Shown piece by piece: positions 43,368 through 52,985 of a DNA stretch of 64,000 nucleotides (position 1 is the first letter of the stretch; each line of letters opens with the position of its first letter). Source of the DNA: Minisyncoccia bacterium. Its GTDB lineage: Bacteria; Patescibacteriota; Minisyncoccia; Phycocordibacterales; Phycocordibacteraceae. The stretch is taken from NCBI GenBank assembly GCA_038207395.1, contig JBBQZW010000001.1, forward strand, positions 142,862 through 206,861, written 5' to 3'. The position numbers and the translations under genes are program-made. Below the pieces are notes generated by a model. It was not told the DNA's origin, made no database searches, and was given only the letters and a program-made list of their open reading frames with translations.

Positions 43368-43796
43368 ATGAAAACCCTTTCCCGAATCGATTCCAGTTCA
43401 GATCTTAAAGACGTTGCGCTTTTACTCCTTCGTCTTATGCTCGCAGCCGTGTTTATTTACCATGGGTGGGCAAAGATAACGAACATTGAGGGTACGCTTG
43501 GTTTCTTTAGCCAGATTGGTCTTGGAAACATTGTACTCGTATACCTTGCAGGGTACGGAGAGTTTATTGGCGGCATCCTTATTGGACTGGGACTTTTCAC
43601 CCGATACGCAGCGTTTCTACTCATGATCATCTCTGCTGTTGCAATTGCGACGGTACACCTATCAAAAGGATTTGGCCTTATGGGAGGCGGGTACGAATAC
43701 GTACTCACTCTTCTTGTCGTTTCAGCGGCAATAGGTTTGATGGGAGCTGGTATGTACAGTTTGGAGGCTAAGATGCAAAAGAAGCACTCGGTGTAA
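43368..43796 (+). CDS. DoxX family protein
   Basis: LLLRL...HGWAK, EFIGG..GLFTR, GYEY, GAGMYSL. Confidence 0.9.
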   Translation: MKTLSRIDSSSDLKDVALLLLRLMLAAVFIYHGWAKITNIEGTLGFFSQIGLGNIVLVYLAGYGEFIGGILIGLGLFTRYAAFLLMIISAVAIATVHLSKGFGLMGGGYEYVLTLLVVSAAIGLMGAGMYSLEAKMQKKHSV

Positions 43797-43812
43797 TATT
43801 TAAAAAACTAGA

Positions 43813-43847
43813 GCAATAACCCCATTTGGATTAAATGGGGTTATTGC
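43813..43847. terminator. Hairpin/terminator after doxX
   Basis: 15-bp inverted repeat gcaataaccccattt / aaatggggttattgc. Confidence 0.65.
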
Positions 43848-43894
43848 GTATTATTTCCACAGATTATCTGTTCAATTGAAAGTGGAGGTGTAAA

Positions 43895-45058
43895 ATGAGA
43901 ACCAATCCATTAGCTGATCCTCATACGATCACATGCTTCGGCAAGAATATCTATGCCTGCTGTTCGATACTTGGAATTTCTATTAAATCCCTTGGGGTTC
44001 GAGCAGATGTTGATTCAACATTATTTCCTGGATACCTAGCCGGCACGCAAACAATACGAGAGGAAGACCTCGAAGCGGTGAGAAGCGAGTTTCGCTTAAC
44101 AAAATTGCAAATAGTGACTCACTATGGCACCGAGGAGCAGCGAAAAAAAGCACTCACCTCTCAGCTTGCTTCCGCTGGACATGTTATTCCGAAAACCATT
44201 CCAGCTGGGAGCGAACTGCACGAAGACGACACTACTGGAAATGATGGGGACACTGCAGGCATGATCACCGATCCTGCCGAACAAGTGCCACCCGCTACTG
44301 ATGTACTCACTGGCACTAACGTGGCAGAAATTGTAGTTCAGGAGACCATTACAGAGTCGACCGAAGCCGCAAGCAACGTCACGGTAAGGTGGAACGATGA
44401 AGATCTTGTGGCAGAAACTGCTGATGGCCAAAAATTCAACATGTGCCTAAAAGGTATGCGTGCAGGTGTTATCGGCCAGATTCGAGAACACATCGTGGGT
44501 ACTGGTTGGACATTCGCCAAGATTAACGATGGGGCAAAGATTAATAAGCCATCGAGTTGATGGAGAAACACCGAGCTTGGCACCACAAGAATCTATGGTA
44601 CTGAGATCGAAGCTATAGCTGAGTGTCTGGGAATACGGGTATATGATCTCTTAGTCAAGGCTGCTGCGAAGCAGTGCGCTACCCCCATGGCTCGTAAAAT
44701 TCCCGGAGTAAAGCCTGAAGCAGCGAAGGTGGTGCCGGTATCAGACAATGCTCCTGCAGCTCCCTCGCCAATCGCAGAAAAACAATCCTCTTTTCCGGAC
44801 ATTCCAGAACAAGAGTTTTTCCGGTTGCTCGTTCTCAGTGAACATACCGAGCTAGCTGAAGGAGTGCGAGTTGGTCAGCTTCTTATGCTCGCACAAGAAC
44901 AAAACGGGGTGGATTGGCGCGACGTCTACCTCACCCTAACGGTGGAAGGTAACGAGGTTGGCGTGGCTCTCGCAAGGATAGAAAAAGAAGTGAGCGGTTT
45001 TGGAAAACCAATTCAGGCCATGTTTATGCGAATGATTAGAGGAGTCTACGAGAGTTGA
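43895..45058 (+). pseudogene. Two-HTH-like regulator interrupted by one in-frame TGA (44558-44560)
   Basis: Track ORFs 43895..44560 and 44687..45058 share a frame and the gap is open; ...KINKPSS*WRNTELGTTRIYGTEIEAIAECLGIRVYDLL resembles an XRE HTH; GGAGG RBS. Confidence 0.6.
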
Positions 45059-45079
45059 ATCAATCATCGTATAGCAATC

Positions 45080-45108
45080 AAGGGACGCACTCTGTGCGTC
45101 CCTTTTTT
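45080..45108 (+). terminator. Rho-independent terminator
   Basis: agggacgcac-tct-gtgcgtccct + T-run. Confidence 0.8.
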
Positions 45109-45109
45109 A

Positions 45110-45754
45110 TTACTTACTCAACCTCCGACACTCACTTTCTAATATAGGCAGAAGTCGGTCAGCGATTTTCTGGTACCCATCCTGATTAGGATGTATGCCG
45201 TCACTCATGAGGTTCGGGTGCCCGATGATTCCAGAAAGTATGTTTGAGACATACGTAACCTTGTACGTTTCAGCGAGACGCTTATACATAGCTGTAAACG
45301 GATCCTGAGGAAAACCGCCAATGACGCCGAGCAGTATTATGCTTGAGCCACTCTTCTGAATTTCTTCGATAATCTCACTAAGGTTCTTCTCAGTTTCTGC
45401 AAGAGGTATGCGCTGTAGCGCATCATTTCCACCAAGGAGAATAAGCGTAGTATCTGGCCTGCTGGAGCGTACTTCGCTGAGGCGAAACTTTGCCTGCGCT
45501 GTGGTATCACCGCTCTTACCCAGATTTGAGATAGGAACTCCTGCCTCACGTGAGAGGATTGAAACAAAGCCTCCCTCAGTAGTTGCGCCGTACCCCGCTA
45601 CCAGACTGTCACCAAAAGCTGTAACGCGCGGTTGCGGAACTGCGTCTAGGCATGAGGTGTCGTTTTGCTTCATATATGAAAAATATAGTATTCCTGCGCC
45701 AATCAAGATGAGGGCAAAAAGTATAGTGAGCACAGTGCGCGCTGATATGGTCAT
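45110..45754 (-). CDS. GDSL/SGNH esterase (arylesterase-like)
   Basis: AFGDSLVAGYG, GKSGDTT, LGGND, DGIHPN. Confidence 0.9.
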   Translation of the reverse strand: MTISARTVLTILFALILIGAGILYFSYMKQNDTSCLDAVPQPRVTAFGDSLVAGYGATTEGGFVSILSREAGVPISNLGKSGDTTAQAKFRLSEVRSSRPDTTLILLGGNDALQRIPLAETEKNLSEIIEEIQKSGSSIILLGVIGGFPQDPFTAMYKRLAETYKVTYVSNILSGIIGHPNLMSDGIHPNQDGYQKIADRLLPILESECRRLSK

Positions 45755-45837
45755 ACAGAAAAGTATCTCATGCACCGAAATTTCACACTAGTAAAGTACT
45801 TCTGTAGCCAATACAATAATACTTTTTAGTGCTACCT

Positions 45838-45880
45838 CTACATACAAAAAGAACCCTAATCGGGTTCTTTTTGTATGTAG
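45838..45880. terminator. Long A/T-flanked hairpin terminator
   Basis: ctacatacaaaaagaaccc-taatc-gggttctttttgtatgtag. Confidence 0.7.
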
Positions 45881-45895
45881 CTAATAATCCAAGTC

Positions 45896-46525
45896 TTACT
45901 GAAGGAGTAGGAGAAGTATCCCTGCCAGGGCTGCCATCCCAAAATCCTCAATAAGAGTTACGTACGTTAGTGGGACTTTTAGGAATGTGCCGAGGCATGA
46001 GCAGATGAATTCTTCCTTCCGTGCAATCTTGATTGCAACTCCAATTCCGCTGAATACCATAACCATCAGTTCAATCCAGAGGAGGAAGGGTGTATGAATT
46101 CCCGCAACCATAAGTAGACCAAAGGTAAGTTCAACGAACGGATAGACATAGCCGTAGACGAACCACCGCTGTGCAAGCAAGTCATAGGTTGAGTACCCTT
46201 CTGCAAAACCTTTAAGATCAATCAGCTTAAAGCCTGCAAACACGAGAAAGAATCCAGCCATGAAGTATTCAAGCGAGCGTGAGAACATAAATACTCCCTT
46301 AGCCTGGTCTGCGAGTGATGCAGCGGTAGTTGCCGCTAGAAGCAGACTGAATATGACGATAAGTGGCATGTAGCTTTTCCAGGTGATCGGACCCAAACCT
46401 TTGTCACTACCGATTGCTTTTGGTTTCGCATTCACTGATTGTTCAGGCACGAGCGCCATACCACATTTTGGACATCGTCCTGGCAGCTCCTGCCGCACAT
46501 CGGTATGCATCGGACAGATATACAT
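45896..46525 (-). CDS. Heavy-metal-binding domain plus MauE/DoxX-like membrane protein
   Basis: YICPMH...PGRCPKCGMALV; FAEGYSTYDLLA, YPFVEL, CSCLG, LIED. Confidence 0.85.
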   Translation of the reverse strand: MYICPMHTDVRQELPGRCPKCGMALVPEQSVNAKPKAIGSDKGLGPITWKSYMPLIVIFSLLLAATTAASLADQAKGVFMFSRSLEYFMAGFFLVFAGFKLIDLKGFAEGYSTYDLLAQRWFVYGYVYPFVELTFGLLMVAGIHTPFLLWIELMVMVFSGIGVAIKIARKEEFICSCLGTFLKVPLTYVTLIEDFGMAALAGILLLLLQ

Positions 46526-46536
46526 ACTAGAGTAGA

Positions 46537-46947
46537 CTATTGCGCTGTAGAACCTCCGTACCATTGCTTCTGCCATGATTGCATTTCAGCTATTTCTTTA
46601 TTTTGAGCAGTTATGATTGCCGTAGCAAGATCTTTTATTTCCTGATGCTTAGCGTTTGTAAGTGCAAGTTGTGCCATTTCTACAGCACCTTGGTGGTGAA
46701 CAGTCATTTCCGTAAGGAAGGCTTGATCAAAGGAATCACCTGTCTTTCCTTGGAGCGCAGCATTCATGGCACTCATCTCACCGTGCATACTCATACTTTC
46801 CCCTCCCATCATCTCTCCATTTGCCATTTGATGCTGCATCGCCCCTTTCTCAGATACACTATTTTTCTCGATGGACGCATATACGCCTCCACCCCCAACG
46901 ATTAGACCTACCAGTACTCCGACGATAACTTTTGAATTTGTATTCAT
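46537..46947 (-). CDS. DUF305 (CopM-like) protein, paralog of 33295-33726
   Basis: GKTGDSFDQAFLTEM.VHHQGAVEMA, IITAQNKEIAEMQSWQKQWYG. Confidence 0.88.
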   Translation of the reverse strand: MNTNSKVIVGVLVGLIVGGGGVYASIEKNSVSEKGAMQHQMANGEMMGGESMSMHGEMSAMNAALQGKTGDSFDQAFLTEMTVHHQGAVEMAQLALTNAKHQEIKDLATAIITAQNKEIAEMQSWQKQWYGGSTAQ

Positions 46948-46984
46948 GGTTGTTTATATAGATTAATAAGAAACAAAAAGATAT

Positions 46985-47380
46985 CTAATATAACTTGGGA
47001 TGAATAATACCGTTTGAAAATGCCTCTTGGAGACTATTGCGCGGAATAAATAGTGGTGGAGGTGAAAGAACCTGTTCCCAGGATGCAAAGAGAGTGTGGG
47101 GGTTCCAAATTCCTCGACAAACAAGCCATAGGCATGCACACGCAAAGACAAGCGCTGTGATAAGAGAGGAGAAATCTAACGGTATCGCAGAAAAAATACT
47201 ACTCCAGTACGAAAGGTGATCTAATGGTGTTTGACATCCTTCTGCTGAGTTAGAGGAGGGACAGGAGCTTCCCATTGCCATACTATGCTGAGAAGAACTC
47301 GAGATTCCAATGCATAGGAAAATACCTCCTATGAAGAATAAGATTAGTATCAGAGCCAGGCTTTTTGGAGTCACTCTCAT
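46985..47380 (-). CDS. Membrane hypothetical protein (metal-operon leader type)
   Basis: HSMAM..C...C..PLDHL..W; C-terminal LQEAFSNGIIHPKLY. Confidence 0.65.
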   Translation of the reverse strand: MRVTPKSLALILILFFIGGIFLCIGISSSSQHSMAMGSSCPSSNSAEGCQTPLDHLSYWSSIFSAIPLDFSSLITALVFACACLWLVCRGIWNPHTLFASWEQVLSPPPLFIPRNSLQEAFSNGIIHPKLY

Positions 47381-47492
47381 ATAAAAAGTATACACCTAAT
47401 GATTACAGCTAGTACATTGGCACTAATTCAGGTATTTGGGATCGGATATCTTTCACAATTTTTTCTTACCCATTCATATATACTACCTATAC

Positions 47493-48383
47493 ATGAATGC
47501 ACTGGGCTTACAGACACTCCGCATATCGGGCCTTACTGCCTTTGCCTTACTCTTTTTCGGAGCTGGTTTATATGCGTATACAAAAATTGCTTCTCTTTCA
47601 ACACGGGTCAACACTCTCGATCAGGAAGTCTCAACGCTCACGGCAGACCTAGCTTCAAGCACGGATGAGCTAAGAATTGCGATGGATCAGCAACACCGTG
47701 ATGTTACCTCTTCTCTAACATCAACTCAGCAGAATCTTGGTAAGGCGCAGCAGCAAATCCAGAACCAGGTAGGTGTATTAGAAAAACTCTCCCAGACAGA
47801 CTCACAACTTCTCCAAAAGTATTCAAAGGTGTACTTCCTAAATGAAAACTATGTACCTGCGCATCTTTCAGATATACCTCAGGAACTGCAGTACCCTGGT
47901 ACCTCTCAACTCCTACTTCAGAGCGAAGTACTACCCCACCTCCAATCATTAATGAGTGCCGCATCTTCTTCGGGTATAAAAATATATATCAAATCTGCGT
48001 ACCGTTCCTTTGCTGAACAAAAAGCACTTAAGTCTGGGTACAAAATTACGTATGGCGCAGGTACCGCCAATTCTTTCTCAGCCGACCAAGGATATTCTGA
48101 ACATCAGCTTGGAACGGCAGTTGACATTAGTACTACTGAGCGCGGCGGTACCCTCACTACAAACTTTGATCAAACACCTGAATATGCCTGGTTAGCGGAG
48201 CACGCATATCAATACGGCTTTGTACTTTCGTACCCGAAGAATAATTCATATTACATATATGAACCGTGGCATTGGCGTTTCGTTGGAGTAAAACTTGCTA
48301 CTGATCTTCACACGCAGGGTAAGAATTTCTATGATCTCAACCAGCGAACTATCGATACGTACCTTGTATCGTTGTTTGATTAG
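47493..48383 (+). CDS. D-Ala-D-Ala carboxypeptidase (M15B/VanY) with coiled-coil stalk
   Basis: SAYRS, SEHQLGTAVD, YGF, YEPWHWRFVG. Confidence 0.9.
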   Translation: MNALGLQTLRISGLTAFALLFFGAGLYAYTKIASLSTRVNTLDQEVSTLTADLASSTDELRIAMDQQHRDVTSSLTSTQQNLGKAQQQIQNQVGVLEKLSQTDSQLLQKYSKVYFLNENYVPAHLSDIPQELQYPGTSQLLLQSEVLPHLQSLMSAASSSGIKIYIKSAYRSFAEQKALKSGYKITYGAGTANSFSADQGYSEHQLGTAVDISTTERGGTLTTNFDQTPEYAWLAEHAYQYGFVLSYPKNNSYYIYEPWHWRFVGVKLATDLHTQGKNFYDLNQRTIDTYLVSLFD

Positions 48384-48411
48384 CACATACAACCAAACAT
48401 ATATCAGTACG

Positions 48412-49464
48412 CTATGCGCTACGCTCTATTCGATTTGCTTTCACTGAACTGAACAAAGCCAAGGCAATGAGCGCAGCACCAATGAGACCTGTTACCGTCT
48501 CTGGAATGTGAATGACTGAATTTAGGAACATAATTACGGCAAGGGCAAATATAGCCCATAGCGCACCATGCTCTAGGAATCGGTACTGATTCAGTGTCCC
48601 TTTATCCACCAAATATATAGTGAATGATCTAACGAACATCGCTCCCACCCCAAGGCCAAGCATAATAATGAAAAGGTTGCTTGAGATTGCAAAGGCACCA
48701 ATAACACCATCGAACGAGAAGGAAGCATCGAGGAGTTCTAGATAAATCAATCCTCCAACCCCTTGTCGTACTATCTTGTCGTGTACGTCACTACCACCAG
48801 AAAGTAGTTGCGCAAAGAACTTAGCACCGACATACGTAATGAGCCCATACACGCCCGCACGCAAGAACTCTGTAGCTTCTTCTCCCGGAAGCAATGACGA
48901 AACGAAAAGGAGAATTACCATCACAAGCCCCATTCCCACACCCTTCTGATATGTACCGAGTTTTGCAAGAAATCGTTCGACCCCTGGAAGCCAGTGATGC
49001 CGCTTTTCTGAATCAATAAAGAACTCAAACGCAACCATCATCAAAAAAGCTCCGCCAAAAGCTTCAACCTGATGCTGCACTGAAAAGAGCGCCGCTGAAT
49101 ATGCTTCAGGATTCTGTATCGCAAGCCCTATCGTATCTAACATACCCAACCCCGTCGCAATCGATACAATAAGTAACGGAAAGAAGAGACGCATCCCAAA
49201 TACGGCAATAGGAAGACCGAACCATATAAACATTCGCCGCCAGTACGCATTCCAGTTTGAAAGTACCTTTGCGTTTACAACGGCATTATCAAAAGAAAGT
49301 GATGTTTCAAGTATTGAAAGTACGAGCACTGCCCACGCACCGGCAAGTGCACCTGACGTACCTCCCATCCCTATAGTTGAACCAACATACGCCCCAATAC
49401 CTATGGCAATAATAAGAATGATTATTGAACCACTGAAATAGCTAAGAGAATGTCTCTGCTTCAT
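48412..49464 (-). CDS. DUF475 / TerC-like membrane protein
   Basis: ILETSLSFDNAVVNA, AVFGMRL, LELLDASFSFDGVIGAFA, LEHGA. Confidence 0.9.
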   Translation of the reverse strand: MKQRHSLSYFSGSIIILIIAIGIGAYVGSTIGMGGTSGALAGAWAVLVLSILETSLSFDNAVVNAKVLSNWNAYWRRMFIWFGLPIAVFGMRLFFPLLIVSIATGLGMLDTIGLAIQNPEAYSAALFSVQHQVEAFGGAFLMMVAFEFFIDSEKRHHWLPGVERFLAKLGTYQKGVGMGLVMVILLFVSSLLPGEEATEFLRAGVYGLITYVGAKFFAQLLSGGSDVHDKIVRQGVGGLIYLELLDASFSFDGVIGAFAISSNLFIIMLGLGVGAMFVRSFTIYLVDKGTLNQYRFLEHGALWAIFALAVIMFLNSVIHIPETVTGLIGAALIALALFSSVKANRIERSA

Positions 49465-49475
49465 ATCTAAAAGAG

Positions 49476-49946
49476 TTATGAGGACTTCGTAAGACTAAAG
49501 AAACTTAGCGTAAACGGATATCCTGGGATAATTCGTAGCTGCAACTTTCCGAGATACTCACCCGGAGCAACTTCCACAATCTCATCTAGTATCAAGCGGA
49601 GCCAGAATGGATTATTTCCGTAATCATAATCAATTTTAATAACGGATATACTGTCATGACTTCCTTTCCCAACCGAAAAAGCGAAGGGGTATTTTTCAAC
49701 CGTACTCCCATCAGCATTGGCAAAAAGATTAATTCCTGTCATAGCGCTCAGATTGAACTTCTTCCCAAGCCACGAGACCTTAGTTTCGCCAACACTTCCG
49801 GCGTAGAGACCATCCGGCATCTGGGTCACAGTTCCCTTTTTAAAAGATTGCTGGTTGGTGGTCCATGAAAGCTGGAGTGTACGCACCGTAAACCCAATTA
49901 GAATAAGGAGGAGGATGGCTGCCGCTATTTTAAGGAAGATGAGCAT
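49476..49946 (-). CDS. Membrane-anchored hypothetical protein
   Basis: N-terminal TM; WLGKKF, IDY...NPFWLR..LDEIVEV..G.YLGK. Confidence 0.7.
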   Translation of the reverse strand: MLIFLKIAAAILLLILIGFTVRTLQLSWTTNQQSFKKGTVTQMPDGLYAGSVGETKVSWLGKKFNLSAMTGINLFANADGSTVEKYPFAFSVGKGSHDSISVIKIDYDYGNNPFWLRLILDEIVEVAPGEYLGKLQLRIIPGYPFTLSFFSLTKSS

Positions 49947-49999
49947 ATACCTAAACTATACCGTACTCGTATTCACAAACTACCTGCTATTCTAGTGAT

Positions 50000-50599
50000 A
50001 TGTTCAAATCCGTTATCTCGGCCGCCGTTCTGATTATATTTTTTCTAGGAACATCGTACATAACCCAGACAAACCAAGAGTACTTTGTAGCTCTTATAGG
50101 AAACGAAGGGTTTACGGGCATCCTTGTCTATATTGGACTTGCGATATTTACGACCGTGATTGCTCCTCTAACAAGTGTTCCGCTCATTCCCTTAATCGTA
50201 AGTGTGTGGGGACCGGTTGTGGCGGCCATAGCTAGTATTGTCGGGTGGCTTATTGGTGCAATGATTGCCTTCTCACTAAGCCGTCGATATGGCAGAAAAC
50301 TTGTAGGGAGATTTGTATCTGATGAAAAGCTGGCTGAACTCGAGAGCCGCGTACCCGTAACAAATCTTTTCTGGTCCATTGTTTTGTTACGAACATTTCT
50401 GCCGGTCGATGTTCTGAGCTACGCGCTTGGCTTACTTAGCACGGTTACCTGGAGAACGTACTTCTTCGCCACCCTGCTTGGTATTATCCCGAGCGCATTC
50501 ATACTTTCGTATGTCGGATCACTTTCTTTCACGTATCAAATTCCTCTCGTGATACTTGCTCTAGTAGTGGTAGGCTTTCTCAACAAGCGGAAAACTTAG
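50000..50599 (+). CDS. TVP38/VTT domain membrane protein
   Basis: GAMIAFSLSRRYGR, LLR..PVDVLSYALG. Confidence 0.82.
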   Translation: MFKSVISAAVLIIFFLGTSYITQTNQEYFVALIGNEGFTGILVYIGLAIFTTVIAPLTSVPLIPLIVSVWGPVVAAIASIVGWLIGAMIAFSLSRRYGRKLVGRFVSDEKLAELESRVPVTNLFWSIVLLRTFLPVDVLSYALGLLSTVTWRTYFFATLLGIIPSAFILSYVGSLSFTYQIPLVILALVVVGFLNKRKT

Positions 50600-50616
50600 G
50601 TATACTTACTATCACC

Positions 50617-51390
50617 ATGCAGCCTATCGATGCAATCATACTCGGAATACTGGAAGGAGCTACTGAATTCCTCCCGATCTCATCGACCGGCCATCTCATT
50701 CTGGCGTCTTCCCTTTTGAAGATTCCGACCTCAACATTCCTGACGAGTTTTCTTATCGCTATTCAGGTGGGAGCAATTGCTGCCGTGGCACTAACCTACT
50801 GGCGCTCATTCCTTGATATTGAAGTGCTTAAACGCCTCGTTGTTGCATTCCTGCCTACTGCAGTAATCGGGTTCACGGTCTACCCACTCGTAAAAGGCTT
50901 CTTGCTCGGTAATGAACTAGTTGTTATTAGTGCGCTCTTTATTGGAGGCATTCTAATGATTCTGTGTGAGCTCTATGTTGCAAGACGTGGTACAGACGAT
51001 ACCGAAGGACCGGCTCTCGTTTCCTACAAACAAGCTCTAGCCGTTGGGCTCTTTCAAAGCCTCGCCATTGTTCCAGGCGTATCGCGTTCTGCCGCAACAG
51101 TCATGGGCGGTCTTCTTATTGGCATGCGCCGCGTGTCAGTCGTTCAGTTTTCGTTCCTTCTTGCCGTACCCACCATGGGAGCTGCTACCGCTCTCGATAT
51201 TCTTAAATCGTACAAAACTTTCGACTCCTCAGGAATTCACCTCATGGTACTTGGTGGGGTTACTGCCTTTTTTGTAGCGCTCTTAGCAATCCGTTTCTTG
51301 CTAGCATACGTAAAACGTCACACCTTCATTCCGTTCGGTATATACCGCATTATTCTTGCAGTGATTTTCTTCTTCTTTGTCCTTACCTAG
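50617..51390 (+). CDS. uppP: Undecaprenyl-diphosphate phosphatase
   Basis: GILEGATEFLPISSTGHL, IQVGA, PGVSRSAAT, FSFLLAVP, FGIYR. Confidence 0.95.
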   Translation: MQPIDAIILGILEGATEFLPISSTGHLILASSLLKIPTSTFLTSFLIAIQVGAIAAVALTYWRSFLDIEVLKRLVVAFLPTAVIGFTVYPLVKGFLLGNELVVISALFIGGILMILCELYVARRGTDDTEGPALVSYKQALAVGLFQSLAIVPGVSRSAATVMGGLLIGMRRVSVVQFSFLLAVPTMGAATALDILKSYKTFDSSGIHLMVLGGVTAFFVALLAIRFLLAYVKRHTFIPFGIYRIILAVIFFFFVLT

Positions 51391-51503
51391 ATGCTGTTTT
51401 GACCGTGCACTACAGGCGCTGCATTTGACCAAAGATAGTGCCCGGGCTAAATTATTATTGGTGCAAGTATTTCCTTTCACCACTACCGACAGGGGTATGG
51501 AGA

Positions 51504-51788
51504 ATGAAAAAGTGTATTTTACTCGTCGTGGCCGCGCTATCATGCGCAGTTACTGTTCCGGCTATTGCGCGTAGCGAAAAGCCGCAAATATCTAAGGCAG
51601 TGGTCGCCACGCAATCAAGCGCGGCGACAACTCCCCGCGTTCAACGCGTTCAATACGCTGGCGTATACCATTCGATCAACAACTTTGGGATTTGGTTCTG
51701 GAGCGCGAACAGCGCCCAGCATGCGGTGGCGATCTGCCAAGCAAACACGCCTGCCGGCAACGTCTGCTGGTACAAAGGTTTCTGGTGA
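51504..51788 (+). CDS. Small secreted hypothetical protein
   Basis: Signal peptide MKKCILLVVAALSCAVTVPAIA; promoter TTGACC-17-TAAATT at about 51427; terminator 51800-51825. Confidence 0.65.
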   Translation: MKKCILLVVAALSCAVTVPAIARSEKPQISKAVVATQSSAATTPRVQRVQYAGVYHSINNFGIWFWSANSAQHAVAICQANTPAGNVCWYKGFW

Positions 51789-51799
51789 TTTTTCACCCC

Positions 51800-51827
51800 G
51801 GGCGGCAAACTATTGTTTGCCGCCCTT
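51800..51827. terminator. Hairpin terminator
   Basis: gggcggcaaac-tatt-gtttgccgccc. Confidence 0.7.
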
Positions 51828-51866
51828 ACTATATATATGGAAAATTTTTAGTGGTGTCAGACGTAT

Positions 51867-52346
51867 CTATACTCCCTTCCGGGCAGCCTCAATAGCAGCA
51901 ACGTCAATCTTCTGCATAGTCATCATCGCCGCGAAAGCGCGCGCTCCTTCTTCACCACCTGCTGCAAGGGCATCAGTAAGTGCGCGTGGTGTAATCTGCC
52001 ATGATATTCCCCAACGATCCTTACACCATCCACAATCACTCTCTATCCCCCCATTGCCGACGATGGCATCCCAGTATCGATCCGTCTCCTCTTGATCTTC
52101 TGTTGTTATTTGGAAAGAAAACGCCTCGCTTTGTGGAAACATCGGACCTCCATTAAGTCCGATACACGGAATTCCACATACCGTAAATCCTACCGTCAGC
52201 ACATCTCCCTTCTTTCCACCCGGAAAATCACTTGGCGCATTGAAAACAGAACGTACTGCACTGTCAGGAAATGTAGCTGCATAAAAAGTAGCAGCGTCTA
52301 ATGCGTCTTTTTCAAACCAGAGACAAATAGTATTTTTAGCAATCAT
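51867..52346 (-). CDS. PhnB/3-demethylubiquinone-9 3-methyltransferase-like VOC protein
   Basis: ICLWF, LNGGP, EAFSFQI, CGWCKDRWGISWQITP. Confidence 0.9.
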   Translation of the reverse strand: MIAKNTICLWFEKDALDAATFYAATFPDSAVRSVFNAPSDFPGGKKGDVLTVGFTVCGIPCIGLNGGPMFPQSEAFSFQITTEDQEETDRYWDAIVGNGGIESDCGWCKDRWGISWQITPRALTDALAAGGEEGARAFAAMMTMQKIDVAAIEAARKGV

Positions 52347-52459
52347 AGTGTTTGTTTAATTAGCAAGTAATCATACGATACGTATATCAACTATCTAGTG
52401 GGATCACTTATGTATAGCAAAGATTGCTGGATATTCGCCTCATCTCGCACTGTATGTAC

Positions 52460-52618
52460 CTATGCGCCAAATGTGCTGAGTGCGACGCCAAGGTAGTACG
52501 GCCAAAGTATGAGGGCCAATACTCCCTGCCAAAAGGTGAGGCCAACAAATCCAATACTGAACAACCACCCTATTATCCAAAACCCTCCAACAAGTCCGTG
52601 GTGTTCAATCCTCATCAT
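52460..52618 (-). CDS. Small membrane protein (52 aa)
   Basis: Not in ORF track: MMRIEHHGLVGGFWIIGWLFSIGFVGLTFWQGVLALILWPYYLGVALSTFGA*, starts 8 nt after pspC stop. Confidence 0.7.
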   Translation of the reverse strand: MMRIEHHGLVGGFWIIGWLFSIGFVGLTFWQGVLALILWPYYLGVALSTFGA

Positions 52619-52626
52619 CTCTTTAC

Positions 52627-52863
52627 TCATACGGATGTAGCATGTTGAACCTGCGCAACGGTACCAACGTTTTCTTTTGGAATGATATAGATGGCGATAC
52701 CGTAGGCAATCAATCCAGGAACAAATCCTGTGAATACCACGATAAGAAGCCAGATGAGACGAATAACGACAGGATCCATATCAAAGTACTCGCCTATTCC
52801 ACCACACACACCGGAGATAACCTTACTCTTATCACTCCGATACATCCGTTTATTCATTTTCAT
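52627..52863 (-). CDS. pspC: PspC domain protein
   Basis: MYRS...VISGVCGGIGEYF..DPVVIRL...IAY...IIP. Confidence 0.9.
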   Translation of the reverse strand: MKMNKRMYRSDKSKVISGVCGGIGEYFDMDPVVIRLIWLLIVVFTGFVPGLIAYGIAIYIIPKENVGTVAQVQHATSV

Positions 52864-52985
52864 AGTATAGAGAGTTGTTTAGGCCACCGAAGTGGCTAAG
52901 TGCTTCACCTATACTATACATCTTTATGGTGAGTTTCTGATTAAAATATGCTAGTGTCTGTCCAGACCTGGAATGAGGAGGGGTT

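Noticed and set aside
44558-44560. Genome-wide TGA reassignment (code 25 or 4)
   Set aside because: Other genes end properly at TGA (e.g. 3519, 15927, 57679) and conserved genes are intact under code 11.
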